Source: Camelus dromedarius (Eukaryota). Taken from it: DNA of 64,000 nucleotides. This document shows positions 51,116-64,000 of the stretch, in pieces. The stretch's first letter is position 1. Each line of letters begins with the position of its first letter. Location of the stretch: NCBI RefSeq assembly GCF_036321535.1, contig NC_087437.1, forward strand, positions 74,092,001 through 74,156,000, given 5' to 3'. The position numbers and the translations under genes were made by a program. Under the pieces are notes generated by a model. That model made no database searches. It was not told the DNA's origin and saw nothing but the letters and a program-made list of their open reading frames with translations.

Positions 51116-53565
51116 AGTTAATAATATTTACCAATCTCTGAAATGTCCTTATCCAGTTATTTTCTTATATATTCTGTGTTTCCTTCCTAGACTGTAAGCT
51201 CTTGAGAATAACAACTATGTGTATCCTCTGTACTGCTGAATCATCAGCTCTTATAACAGTTCATAGCACATAGGAAGTGCTTAGTCATTGTTTGAAAATT
51301 CTAGGATGTATCCATGAATCTGTGACTACAATTAGGTACTGAATTTCACTTTTTTAAATGTTTTAAGTCCATTAATAATTAAATGGAATTTTAAAAATCT
51401 TTGTGAGGCTGCAGAGGTATTCTTCATGCAGCCAGTTAATTTCATAAATGCTTCTTCTTACTATAGATTATAACATGTGACTTGAATTGTAAGACTTGTT
51501 TATAGCTAGCATTTGTGTCAGAAAACGCTGTAGTTAATTAACTAAATTGGCTTGATTCAGATTACACCTGTTTCTAGTTTCCAAGGAATTTTAAAAAATG
51601 ATTTTTAAAACTAAAATGTCCTGTACCTCATTTTAGGTGATAAGTGATTGTTCTGAGGTATTAAATTATTTCTATCTCAAAATTTTTTCTCCATCATTTC
51701 TTAAGATGAAATAGTACAGAATAATTTAACTACTGAAGTAATCCAAACATTTCCACAGGTTAAGTAATGAACATTTGCATGATGCAGAAGTGGCAATAAG
51801 CCAAGTGTCTGGCAGGCAGTTAGTGATCAATGATGAAGAACTGAGGACACCTCAGGAGACAAGAGAAATAATAAGCCATTATTCCCTTAGAGCTTCTGGG
51901 CATCATATGAATAAACCACAAATAAACCATAGGCTAGACAGGTGATGTTGTGTATAATTTGTAACATTCTTAAGTTCAAGGGACTGAAAACTAAAAAATA
52001 GCAATATTGGAAAGATTGCCCATACAAATACACTCAAAGGCAAAAGAGAAATAATCATAATTTGGTACACAAGAGAGTGATTTTTTGAGACATCTTTCTT
52101 AAACAGGAAATGATTTCTTGAGAATAATATTTCTCTACAGAGGTCCATAATCCTGGAGAGAAACATGCATGGGTTTGTTAACAATGGCTTTTGGACAAGA
52201 CGGAAGAGGTGTCACCTAGAACTTCCAATAAAAACTGATCGAAGGTGATGAAATTCAATGATTGTGATATTTAGTCCACTTGTCTTACTAATTTTCAAAG
52301 AATGAACAGTTTAGTTATTTAAAAATGTGCTGTGAGAAGTCTGGTAAAACAGCATCTAAAGTCTATTCATGCTGAACATTATCAGCTTCAGTAAAGCAGG
52401 TCTGCTGCAGCTCTGGGTGAATTCTGTGTTGTTTTCCTCTTGATATTATTCTAATTTTTTCAAGGATTTTAGGAAGAGTGTTAAACTGCTAAGAGGCCAG
52501 CACATTATACAATCCTATTTCTTCAGAAAATATACAAGATAGTCGTGTTAGTGTGGCATCTTAAGAAAATGAGGGATTTTTATGTACTTTCCATTAATTT
52601 AATCCTGAGCCTCTATGTCTTGAGGTCTCTGGCTTTTGAAATTGATAGTTCCCTGAAAGAGTAGACTGGTTAAGATATTTTAGTCAATCTCCATTCTTGG
52701 ATTCATAAATACACTTTTCCATGGAAGACAGGTACATTCACATGTCATATTTATCTCTCTACACCTACATGAAAAAGGGTTTGTACTAGCTATGTCTTCC
52801 TAAGGAAGAGTTATGATTTAAAGCTATCTTTCTTATACTTTTCTACCTCATTTTTTTTCCTTTTTAGGAGTAATTTGTTTTTTTACTAGCAAGGTTACTA
52901 AGAATTACAATGCTATAACCATTTTCCATTCTTCTTCTCTGTTAACTTAGGGATAGGAGCAAAAAAGTATGATTGATCCTTCCATCAGCATTCTAAGTAT
53001 GAAAATTGAAAATTATATTGCCCTTACCTCTTTTGAATAGAATAGAAAAGAATGTTAGAAAGATAGCTGATTAAGCCTCTGATCACCTCATCATAGCTAT
53101 TTTTCTGTATTAGTGTGCCTCTTAGATAATATTTGGATTAAAAACCTCTTGCCAAAAAAATTATATATTTCATCATCTCTTTAAGCAATCATCTACAGGG
53201 TCTACTCATTAGTTATAATTTCAGTGGACTTCCATGGAAGTATTTGTTCCTTGTTTTGTATCTATTTTTTTTTCTGCTAACACAACAAAATCAGCACATC
53301 ATAAGCTAGATAAGACCTTAAATTAGTGGCAGCCATTTCTGAGGAGACCATTTCTGCCGAGGCTTTATTTCCACTTGGTTTGGGAACAACTGTCCTTTGT
53401 GATAACATCAAGGGTACTAATTGCTTTTGTGCTCAAGGTGTAAAAATCCATGATACACCAGTAGCTCAGCATTTGACTTTAAGTCTTTGGGAATTCCTTA
53501 CCTCTTCATGTTATTCCTTCCTGGATCGTCTAAACATCATATGTACAGTTAATCCATGCTGTATG

Positions 53566-53568
<3 letters not shown>

Positions 53569-53644
<76 letters not shown>
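53569..53644. repeat. (GT)n(GA)n compound microsatellite
   Basis: Direct reading. Confidence 0.97.
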
Positions 53645-53712
53645 CAATCAAAACCAAGGTCTCTGTGCTCCTGAGTAAATGGCTAATGGCTACAAGAAGC
53701 TAAGCCTTGTCA

Positions 53713-54590
53713 CAGTTGTATCCTTTGCAAATATTTTCTCCCAATCTGTAGGTTGTCTTTTTATTTTACTTATGGTTTCCTTTGCTGTGCAAAAGCTTGT
53801 AAGTTTAATTAGGTCCCATTTGCTTATTTTTGCTTTTATTTCTATTGCTGTGGTAGACTGCCCTAGGAGAACATTGCTACGGTGTATATCAGAGAATGTT
53901 TTGTCTATGTTCTCTTCAAGGAGGTCTGTGGTGTCTTGTCTTATGTTTAAGTCTTTAAGCCATTTTGAGTTTATTTTTGTGTATGATATGAGGGAGTGTT
54001 CTAATTTCAATGATTTACATGCAGCTGTCCAGCTTTCCCAACACCACATGTAGAAGAGACTATCTTTTCAACAATTGTATATTCTTGGCAGCTTTGTCGA
54101 AGATTCATTGACCACCGGTGTGTGGGTTTAGTTCCAGAATATACAAACAGTTCATAAAACTCAATAACAACAAAAAGCCCAAATAACCCAATCCAAAGTG
54201 GGCAGAAACTTTAACATTTCTTCAGTGAAGATATACAAATGGCCAATAGGCATATGAAAAAATGCTCAATATGGCTAATTATTAGAGAAATGCCAATCAA
54301 AACTACAATGAGGTATCACGTTACAACAGTCAGAATGGCCATCATTCAGAAGTCCACAAACAATAAATGCTGGAGAAGGTATGGGAAAAAAGGGAGCCCT
54401 CTTAGATTGTTGGTGGGAATATAGTTTGGTGCAGCCATTATGGAAAACAGTACGAAGATTCTTTACAAAACTGAAAATAGACTTTCCCTATGATTCAGCA
54501 ATCCCACTCCTGGGCGTATATCTGGAGGAAATTCTAATCTGAAAACATTCAGGCATCTCCAACTGGATAAAGATGTGATATATAGACATA
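53713..54590 (+). mobile_element. 5'-inverted (twin-primed) L1 ORF2 fragment lacking a 3'UTR
   Basis: 53713-54130 on the minus strand encodes [12 protein letters not shown]...[10 protein letters not shown]. 54132-54590 on the plus strand continues with SRIYKQ...[10 protein letters not shown]...KCWR. Confidence 0.88.
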
Positions 54591-54816
54591 GATATAAATT
54601 CTTTGTGTCCTTTACACATACAGCTGAGCATGGAAAGATGGACATTGGGAAAGAAAATCACATACATAAATATATTGTCCTGAGATCTTCTACAAAGAGG
54701 ATATGACATCATGGAACCAAATAAATAGAGAAAATGGACTCAGTCATTGAAGTGACAATTAGCCTCAATCTGAAGAAAGACTGGGCCCTAGCTAAGCCAG
54801 AAGGGAGAAGGGGGAA

Positions 54817-55282
54817 TATACTGGCTTGAATAGTGTCCCACCAAAATTCACGTCCACCGAGAACCTTCGAATGTGACCTTACTTGAAAATAGGGTCTCTA
54901 CACATATAATCAACCTTAGATGCTATTCTGGGTTGGGCCTTGATCTGATGTCCTTATAAGAAGAAAGAAGTCTGAATACAAATATATACACAGAAGGGAA
55001 ATGATGTGAAGAACCAGAAGCAGAAGGTCATGTGAAGACAGAAGCAGAGATTGGATTCCTGTGTCCACAGGCCAGGAAATGGTAAGGACGGCTGGGCACC
55101 TCCAGAAACCAGGAGAAAGGCGCAGGACGGTTTCTCCCTCAGAGCCTCCAGAAGAAATCGACCCTGCTGATACCTTGAGTTCAGACTTCTAGCACCCAGA
55201 ACTGTGAACGAACACATTTCGGCTGTTTTTAAGACACCCAGCTTGTGGTACTTTGCTGTGACAGCTGTAGGAAACTAACACA
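54817..55282 (+). mobile_element. MaLR solo LTR (MLT1C-like)
   Basis: ttgaatagtgtcccaccaaaattcacgtccacc...ggaaactaacaca, with 5-bp flanks gggaa / gggta. Confidence 0.88.
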
Positions 55283-55908
55283 GGGTATTAAGTAGTTGGT
55301 CAAAAAGGTAAAGAGTGAAAAGGCCCTACTGCTGCAGAGAACACGGTGCCTAGAGCGGCCGATGGCCAGCTGTTCCTATTCTAAATCCATTCCCATATTT
55401 ACTCTGAGATTACAGTCCCACAGGCTGCTCCCAACCAAGGAAAAATCATGGTACGGCTACAAATACAGGCTCATTTCTGTGAGATGCGGGACTCTTTTCA
55501 TGGGTGACCTTGGCTCAAGTACACTCCATCAATCTGGCTGGAACGTCCAAGAATTGTGCTGCAGTCTATGAATCTTCCTACACCATCTTCCTTTCTTCCT
55601 GCTCCCCTTCACAGGTGTCAGACTAGCAGCATGGCTTCAAGGCCCTTCCTAGTCTTCATAGGTACCCTTTACACTTTTCAGGTGTTCCTCCAATAAATAC
55701 CTTGTACATATCATCTCATCTTGATGCCTGCTTCTCAGAGGACCTGAATGAACACAAGCGGTGTCAGGAATGATCAAGAAGACAGAAGACAGGCAGTGAG
55801 ATGGGGTTTGGAACTGTCTCATTCACCACTTGGAAGACAAATCGATGAAAGGTATCTATTGGAGGGAATGCCCTTGAAGGTATTTGAAAATTAGGAGTGC
55901 AATGATGT

Positions 55909-56342
55909 TGTAGTTGCTCTAAAAATACACCTTGCAGAGCTTTAACTACAAGGAACTCAACTGACCAAGAACTCCAGCTTCTGTGTACTGAGTACACACA
56001 TTTAGCTCAAAGCCATGCTGACTATAGGCTGCTCCTAGCCAATGCCTAAGCACTTGTAGGGGTTACAAAGCAGGCCTGCTCCTGGGAGCCACAGGAATGC
56101 TCTAATAGGCCATTTTAACTGGAGAACTCTGTTGGCCATACCAAAGTCTCCTTAGAATCCATAGTTGCCAGGAAATTTTCACCCACCTTCCTTCTCTCTT
56201 AGCTCCACCCATTATCATCTCAGAACCACCCCACCCTTCCCTGACTCTTTCTCCACTTTCTCTCCCATTTCCCTAATAAAACTCTTGCACATTTAATCCC
56301 ATCTTGCTATCTGCTTCTCAGAGGACATGGACTAACAAACAC
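55909..56342 (+). mobile_element. Nested LTR16-like solo LTR
   Basis: Ends cctaataaaactcttgcacatttaatcccatcttgctatctgcttctcagaggac, parallel to 55690-55745. Confidence 0.7.
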
Positions 56343-56483
56343 AAAATCCTGCAGGGACAATGGAGTTGGCTGGTTACTGCTAAGTTGTGTTGTTTCCCAG
56401 AGGGATGATATAGCTGTGAGCTAACTGTTAAGGCAGCATGTGAGAGCCACAGGGCCTCTCGGTAGATTTTAAAGAGACCTTAT

Positions 56484-57038
56484 TGTTAAAGCAGGCAAGT
56501 AACTAGATATGAGCAGAGAAAGGGGGGCATGGGCCAAATGGCAGGAAACCACACATCTTGTGAATAACAGGAGTCCTTGGGCAGACCAAAAAAAGCAGGA
56601 ACCTCTGGACTGGTAAGAAACCTTACATTTTGGGTTGACAAGTGTCCTGAAGGCAGAGAAAGAAAGGTGGGACAAGAGAGGAATCTCCAGCATCTGAATG
56701 TAACTTTTCTCTCACTATGCCCTCATCCAACTTCCTAATCAAGACTAAATAAGGACAAAAAACTCCCTCCTCCCCTCAAGAAGGTGCAACTGAGATGAAG
56801 ACTGGGAAAGACGACCCAAATCCCTCCCCACCAATTAACAGTCTGCTCATTCATTTTTACACCCCATGTAACCAGCTTGCCAAAGAAACTCAGGGCAGCT
56901 ATCCACCTGGGTCTGCCCACTACTCCCTCGAGAGCATATTATCTATTCCTTAAGAAGTTCTTGCTTTGCTTTCTTGACCTCCATGTCTCATTTCTAAATT
57001 ATTTCTGTGATGAGACAAGAACCTGCTCCCCAATAACA
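56484..57038 (+). mobile_element. Solo LTR, ERV1-type (555 bp)
   Basis: TGTTA...TAACA termini and a perfect 4-bp TSD TTAT at 56480-83 and 57039-42. Confidence 0.88.
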
Positions 57039-60000
57039 TTATGTCCCTCAGTGTAAGTGCTGACACAGCTAAAAAGCAGACTAAGAATCTGATAGACTCT
57101 CAAAGATCCAGAGACATTTAAATGGTCAAAGCAAGGTCTATCATGCTAAGGTCAAGATGTTAGTTGAGAAAAATCTTAGGACTCTGAAATTTAGAATGAG
57201 GACATCTGGTTGTATTCTCCTGAGGTGTTGGTCCGTAGACTCCCCAGGACTGTTAGATCTTTCAGATGTGGTCCACTCGTCCCTAATAAGAGCTAGCATA
57301 TTCCCAGTTCTAGAAGACACGGCAAAGGTATCTCCCCAACAGAACAATAAGTGACTTTCCCAGGAGCTGCACTCTCCTTATCTCCTAGATGACAGGGATA
57401 AATCCTGACAAAACCTGGCTGGGGATGTAATAAACCTAATAGGTAAGGAAATATATGCAAGAATTAGCACATGCCAGCAGAAGTACCTCTAGGGTTGATT
57501 TTGAGGGTGCTTGATCAAAGAGTTGGAATATAATATAACACTGGATTTTCAAGCATCCGTTGATTTGGAAATGGTTTCTCAGGACACGAAATTTAACTCC
57601 TTGGCAAGAAACACAGGATATGGCAAAGCTGCTATTAGGGTGGTTCTTAGAAACCTGGAGAAAGCAATGGCTGACACTAAGCCCCTCGAATAACCCTATT
57701 CATTTCCAAGACAGACCAGACACTTGGTGGCAGGTCAATTGTATTTCCACCCTTTAAAGGCTAATAGTACATTGACACAGGGATAGACATCTATTCCAGG
57801 CATGAATTTGCCTTTCCTGCTCTCAGAACCTCAGTCTACACCACTCTTCACAGAGTTACCTAATGCTTGATCCATGGGTCTGAAATCCCACACAATAATT
57901 CACAAAGAAGAAGGTACATCAGTGGACCCATCATTATCCTAAGTGATATCACATACCATATCATTTAGAGGCATCTGGCCTTAAAGAGCACCGAAATGAT
58001 CTTCAGGGCATATCTTAAAAAAAAAAGTTTGAAGAAAATACTCTGAAAGATTTGACTGCCATCCTTTAGGGTAAAATGCATTCATTAAATTGAAGCTCTC
58101 TATATGGTGCTGTGACTCCAAAGGGAAGATTAAATGGTTCTAGGAACCAAAGGGCAGAAGGAAAAGTGACTCCACTGGCTATCACTCCCAATGATCCACT
58201 AGGAGATTTTGGACTTCTCATCCCCACACTTCTAGGGTCAGCATGGTTGGATGTCCTGGTCCCCAAAGTGTAGCAGTTGACTGAATAGTCAATGGTAGGT
58301 TGGATGTCTTGGTCTCCAATGATCTAATTATAACACCTGTAGAATGCTGAATTTACAAATTATATAAAAAAGCCATTTCAAAGATACATGGTACATAGAC
58401 CGTATAGGATATACAAAAGATGAAAAAGTATGAAACTGCAGGAATAAGTCACCCCACTAAAACAACTAATAAATGGGAAAGAACTGACTGAGTCAAGTGT
58501 TTTGGCATTCAGGTTTGAAAGCATGGGTCTGTTCCTGATAGAGAAAGAATTTGTGTCTGGAATTCTAGGTTATAATGGCTATGGAAGATGGGGAGCAGGA
58601 CCAACTAAGTCTGCCACAAGGTTTTTTGAGGCTCTTTGTGTACTGGGACCAAGAAAAGCAGTCACCATTCGGACAGGAGTAATTAAACACCATCAGTCAG
58701 AGGAGGCAGGGATGCTTTCACACAATTTAGTGATGAAGGAATATATACAGATCCTGGTCACCCTCTTGGGCATCTCCTGGTAGTGTTTTGCCCACTGCTG
58801 ATTGTGAATAAGCATGTGTAACAGCCCCAGCTTGAAAAGGGTATGACTGCCTAGGGCTCAGGCCCCTGAAGAATGAAAGTTTGGATCACACTACCAGGTA
58901 AGTCTCCATGACATGCCCAGGTGACAGCTGAAGGTGAGAGGAATGGAGATCAGCAAGGAGAGGCTACGTATCAACTGAATCCCTGAGACCAACTAAGAAA
59001 CATGAGCTATAGTTCTTCCCACTAACCTCCCTCTTTGATATCATCCCTCAGAAATAAAAGCCCAAAGAAACTATGAAGAAGCTCTTCTCCAAACTGGAAT
59101 GAAGAAATAGATCTGTTTTGTTCAGAGCAAGGGGTGAACACGGTAGCCATAAAAATGAGCTTCTCGGGGCTTCTACTTTCCCTTCTTGATCTTAGCCAAG
59201 TTCTAAGCACAGTTTGGAGTACTAATGCAGACCCATTTCTATGAGACATAGAATTCTTTTAACAAGAACCTGACTCAAGGATTCCTTGTCAATTGGCTGA
59301 ACCTCTGGAACTATTCTGCAGTTTTCAGCTCTTCCTTCTTTTGCTTTTCCTTCACAGATACCAGACAGGCATTGCATTCTGAAGGCTCTTTTTTATTTTT
59401 TCTCCTTTCATGTGTGTCAGACCTGCATCAAGGTCTGACGGCTTTCCTACTTCAGGTTTATTGCTGCTTTCTCCCCCTTCTTCATCCTCTTCAGGCATTT
59501 CCTCCTATGAAATCTTTTCCACATCTTAATCCACCTGGTGGATGTTTCTTGGAAGCTACGAAGGCTTTTAAAATGGACAAAAACCAAGGGAAAGGGACGG
59601 AGCCACAAAACCACCACCAAGTTCATCCCACGGGAACAGCCAGGTCAGACACCGTCACTGCTTTGCCCTGTATCATCATCAGTAACAGCCACCAGTGCGG
59701 CTGCCAGATTCCTGCTACCGTCTCTCCGCAGCCACCCCCATCAAAGTAAATATTTTCTCAACCATACCTGTATTTCACATGACTCCCTCAAAATTCAAAG
59801 TCCCAGGAAGGAGTGAATGATTAGCTGAGCCTGAATGTGTGTCTGGGCTGCCAGTGATAGGAAAAGGAATGTTGTTCTATAGATTACTCCAGAGGGAGGC
59901 AGTGCACTGCATTCCACAAATATTTCATGCAGTGAGGAGCTAAACTAAGAAAGTGGATGACCAGACATACAAAGGCAAGCCAAACCAAAGTATTCACAGC

Positions 60001-60389
60001 AAATGCAGACCAACATTTCTTGGCAAATTGTTAAAAAATGTTTTAATTAGGACTTCAAAATCTTACTACATTTTATTTTAAAAAGAGCATCATATACTTG
60101 TTATATATTTAACAGAAAGTAGGTTGTACATTCATTTTTAGAAACCATGAATTGTTTATATGTGATTACTCCAGTCAAATTTCATATTAGCCCAGTGTAA
60201 TATTTTTAAATTTTAACTTTTAAAACACAATAATAAAAATAGTCATGTCTGCAAATTATTCAAGGATTTAATTTACCTGTTTTCCCAATAGCTTCCTCTA
60301 ATCCTTTTATATTCACATCATCCTGTTTGAAATATCAACCACCTCATTATTCTTTTACTTTACTCTGGTTTCATGTTGTCGATCCAAGA

Positions 60390-60630
60390 GACAGCAGAGT
60401 GCTTTGTGCTCTGGTTCAGACTGCCTGCATTTGATGCCTGCCTAACTTACTACCTTTCAGCTAAGTTGCAGAGACAAGTTACTGATCTCTGCGTGAATTC
60501 TTTCCCCATCTAAAAAGGAAGATAATTTAAAAACCTCCTTCATAAGTTTAAGAGGACTAAACAAGTGTATACCTTGGAACAGTGTCTTACACATAGTAAG
60601 TGCTCAGTAAGTGTAAACTGCTATTACAAT
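60390..60630 (+). mobile_element. MIR SINE
   Basis: gctctggttcagactgcctg...cccatctaaaa...ttggaacagtgtcttacacatagtaagtgctcagtaa. Confidence 0.8.
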
Positions 60631-61299
60631 CTTTATTTGATAATACTTTGTCCAAGACATCAGAATATTCCTAGTATCATTTCATTGGAGTTCTTGACAT
60701 CATGCATCAATTGCAAGTTTTACAGTTTAAATTTGCAATTGACTTGCATTTTAAATAATATTTTGGTTTTCAAGGCAGATAGGTAGATGATAATGATAGA
60801 TATGTGTGTATGCACATTAGCAAGAAATTTATTCGGATGTTAACAAATTAATTGGTGTAATGGGTTAAGCTAAATGTTATGTTAAACTAAGAGGGATGTT
60901 TGAGTGGGGACTAATTAAATAAGTGATGGTTTAATTAGTGAATATTTTTATATTACGATTACATTTGTACACATTTCTCTAGTAGATTTATGGAAAAGGA
61001 AATCACAGTGACAAAAAATAAGAAGAAAGTGGCGGAAGAGATGAGTTCTGGACCAAAGTTATATTATTAATTTTTTAAATTGTTAATCTATTTTCCTTTA
61101 GTAACTGGTTTGAAAGTTACTATTCTAGAAAGGAAAAATGTTTTCTTTCTATTTTGGAGTTTGTAAAAAGCTCATATAATAATAATCATTTGGATAAACT
61201 TGGTTTCAAATACTACCATCATGAAAGATGTTGAAAACAGCATAGGAAATATTTTGTAAGGGAAAAAGACATAATTTTTTTGAGTGTCTCAGAGAGCAT

Positions 61300-61870
61300 C
61301 ATTAATTTTTTTAAAATCTCATTTACTATGTAAATTTGACATGAGGAAAAACTTGAGGAATTTTCTTCCAGTTCTCCTTAGGATAGAGACTGAAAACCCT
61401 AATGCATCTAACAAGGACATTCTTGCCTCCCCACCCTCATCACATGGTCTTCTCTTCCTTGCTTTCTGCTCTCCAGACAAGTAGTCTTAAAATTTCCTCT
61501 GCAGATCACGCACTCTCTTGACACAAAGCCTCTGCACATGTTATTCCCTCCCCCTTGATGACTTTTTTTTCTCGTTATCACTCTTGCCTATTAACTTTTA
61601 CTCAATTCTCAAACTTCAGTTCAGTTTTTATGTTCTCAGGGAAATCTTTCCTGATCATCAATTTTTCAGAACTCTCAGAAATCTATGTTCCTATCCCTCA
61701 TGACAATTCTTATTTATTAGCCATTAGTGGTTATTTACCCTCCACAAATTATAAACATCATAAAAGCATAAAGCATGTCTTTACTTTTTGTGGCTGTAAT
61801 CCATTGCCCACCAGAGTTCTGGCCACACAGTAGGTGCTTGATATATATTTATCATGTAAATAAAGAAAGA
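61300..61870 (+). mobile_element. L2 3' fragment
   Basis: gcctctgcacatgttattccctc...ggccacacagtaggtgcttgatatatattt. Confidence 0.65.
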
Positions 61871-63409
61871 GGTATTTATATAAAATGAGTTAATGAAGTT
61901 AATTCATTGAATCAATGTGCCTATCTAAATTTCACGCAGTTGTGTGTATTTTAAGAGAAAAGAATCAATAGTTTCTGTTAAATTTTCCCCAGTGTTCTTA
62001 AAATATAGATTGAGGACAATGAAGATTTCAGAGAGTTTAAGATTCTTCTCAAAGTCATTGAGCCAATAAGCAGAAAATCTAGGGTTTAACTCTACCCTTT
62101 CTGCTCCCAACTCCAGGAATAATCTAACACACTACATCACACATTTTAAAACTTATTCAAACAGCAACTTAAAAAAAACAAACATGGTATATACTATACA
62201 CTGTTCTTGGTGCTAGGGATTAAGAGAGAAAAGACACAGACTGTTTCAGATGCTGACCACAGAATGATGTTTATAATAAAGAATGCATTCATTGCATTTA
62301 AAATATTATCCAAATTAAAAATAATAGAATATTACTGTCTAATCTCAGCAACAACTATATAAATATGCAAACATTTATTATTAGTTTTTACAGAGCTTCT
62401 CAGAGCACTATATATGTGGTCCTTTCCAACGACCCCTTGAGTTGTTTGTATAATTTTATTTCCCCCATTCTTCAAATAAAGAAACTAAGATATTAGTTAT
62501 TTATTCAAAATTAAGTATCTTTTTAGGAGATAGGGAAGTAGTAGTCAAGACTAGAACCCCTGGTACTGGGCGTCCTAAAACAGACCCTTCTCAATAAATT
62601 TCACTGCATTAAAAAAATATGTTTTAGGATAATAGAAAATTCAAGCTTCCAGGCTGCTAAACAAAGAATACTTTTCTCATTTTGCTAACAAATGATGGTG
62701 ATGATTATGATGCTCTTATATATTTTTAATTATAAAGGATGCACTTTTGAATGTTATAATATAGGAAATCTATTGTTAGTAGTTCATCTCATCACAATAT
62801 GGTTTACTGATACTAATATGTTGATGTTTCGTCCTCTACACTATCCTGGGGTGTGAAGAGAGATTGGGGCATATGCTGAAGAACTCTTTGTCACTGTAGA
62901 TGAATAGGTAATATGGATAGTTTCTATATTATCCAAGGTAATAAAAAAACAGAATCTTAGGCTAAGGTAACAGGGACAGCTATGACACCTGGTCTAATTC
63001 ATATCATGTTTCATAGTCAAGCCTGCTTCTGGGGCTTATCAGCAACCTCCTTTCCACTTCCTCCTTGACTAAGTCAGCAAATTCCACGTGCTTTCAACGT
63101 CTAGCTCAACTCTGCCTCTTTTGTTAGTATTCAGTGAAGTATGCCAGTCTGTACCGACTTCTCCCTTCTCACATTCCTTTGGGTCTGAGCCAGTGATTCT
63201 CAGCCTATTTTTATCCAAGAAATAACAGACATTTGCATTCATAACCTACTCTCCCTAGATAAGCCAATATTTTGATATCCCCCATTTTTCAACAACCTAA
63301 AGCAAAAGGTTACATTTTTGACATAGCATGCGTAAGAATATCTACAACATACAAATAAATATTAACAACCTTCCAAAATGGTAAAACATGAAAACCTATA
63401 ACAAAAGAA

Positions 63410-63632
63410 TCATAGCTAACACGTCCATAGTACTTGCCACACGTCAGGGACTCTAAATCATTCATTCTTCACAATAACTCGATAAAGTAGGAATCGTATT
63501 ATCCCCAATTTACAGATAAGGAAATAAAAGTATGTATCAATTAAATGACTGGCCCAAGAAAACACAACTAGTAAATCACAAAGCTGACATTGGAATGTAT
63601 GCAGCCCGACTCCATAGCTGATGCTTTTAACC
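63410..63632 (-). mobile_element. MIR SINE
   Basis: attatccccaatttacagataaggaaata...tgactggcccaag...caactagtaaat. Confidence 0.8.
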
Positions 63633-64000
63633 AAGAGTTCACTTTTACTTTGTGAGCACAGTTTCTAGACCTTACTGGCTGTAACTACAACTCTTTCCTT
63701 CCCATCAGAAAACATGTCAGATTGCAAGTGAGATAATACTATTGTAAAGGTTTTAAAATATGAAAAATGGAAATTATTCAAAGCTTTAGAGAATTTAATT
63801 TTTATTAAGTGATTTTCTTATGTACAGCATATAACTGATAAAGCAAGAACTTATAGGAGTTAGGTACTAACTTTAATTTTAGAAATGACTGTTCACTGCA
63901 GTAAATTTGTATGCAATGTAGATACACAGCCTCGTGTTTATGCCATCATATGCCCATAACGCTAAGACGGTTGCTGAGTACTTGTAAGTGTTTAATTGGT

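Larger units (their letters stand above)
55345..59565 (+). mobile_element. ERV-L provirus relic with LTR16-like LTRs and nested insertions
   Basis: 5' LTR ends at 55756, followed by a degenerate Leu-type PBS cggtgtcaggaatga (55759-55773). gag-like NITLDFQASVDLEMVSQDTKFN and integrase-like QDRPDTWWQVNCI remnants. Polypurine tract gagcaagggg at ~59125, then the 3' LTR. Confidence 0.75.

Noticed and set aside
50400..53540. Additional exon-like islands (50.4-50.6 kb, 52.1-52.2 kb, 53.5 kb)
   Set aside because: Weak or strand-inconsistent splice signals and multiple stops; not supportable without conservation data.
57700..59020. Similarity to 800-1230 and 8600-9160 suggesting a segmental duplication
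   Set aside because: Low similarity confined to ERV-L sequence; better explained as two independent ERV-L insertions.

Overview
This is repeat-rich mammalian genomic DNA, most likely from a camelid, judged from a vic-1-like tRNA-derived SINE at 49.6 kb. The dominant feature is a full-length 7.1-kb LINE-1 (1377-8500, + strand) with perfect 15-bp target-site duplications (TSDs), a CpG-island 5'UTR, ORF1 with one frameshift, a 399-bp inter-ORF spacer and ORF2 with one nonsense codon. It sits inside an older L1 fragment, which itself sits inside an ERV-L pol relic. The rest of the window is older L1, L2, MIR, LTR and DNA-transposon relics, including a two-LTR ERV1 (MER41-like) provirus remnant, an ERV-L remnant with nested solo LTRs and two 5'-inverted L1s. 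I cannot identify an intact host gene, although several minus-strand exon-like islands at 9.6-38 kb may belong to an unrecognised or decayed gene. The best leads are: (i) a predicted intron that would excise exactly ORF1 of the L1, together with a strong-Kozak spacer ORF whose stop overlaps the ORF2 start; (ii) a foldback element with alternating ~30-bp subrepeats at 39.0-39.3 kb; (iii) an ORF-less, possibly spliced, old L1 at 39.6-41.3 kb. Subfamily names are from recall, not a database search, and the boundaries of old repeats are approximate.
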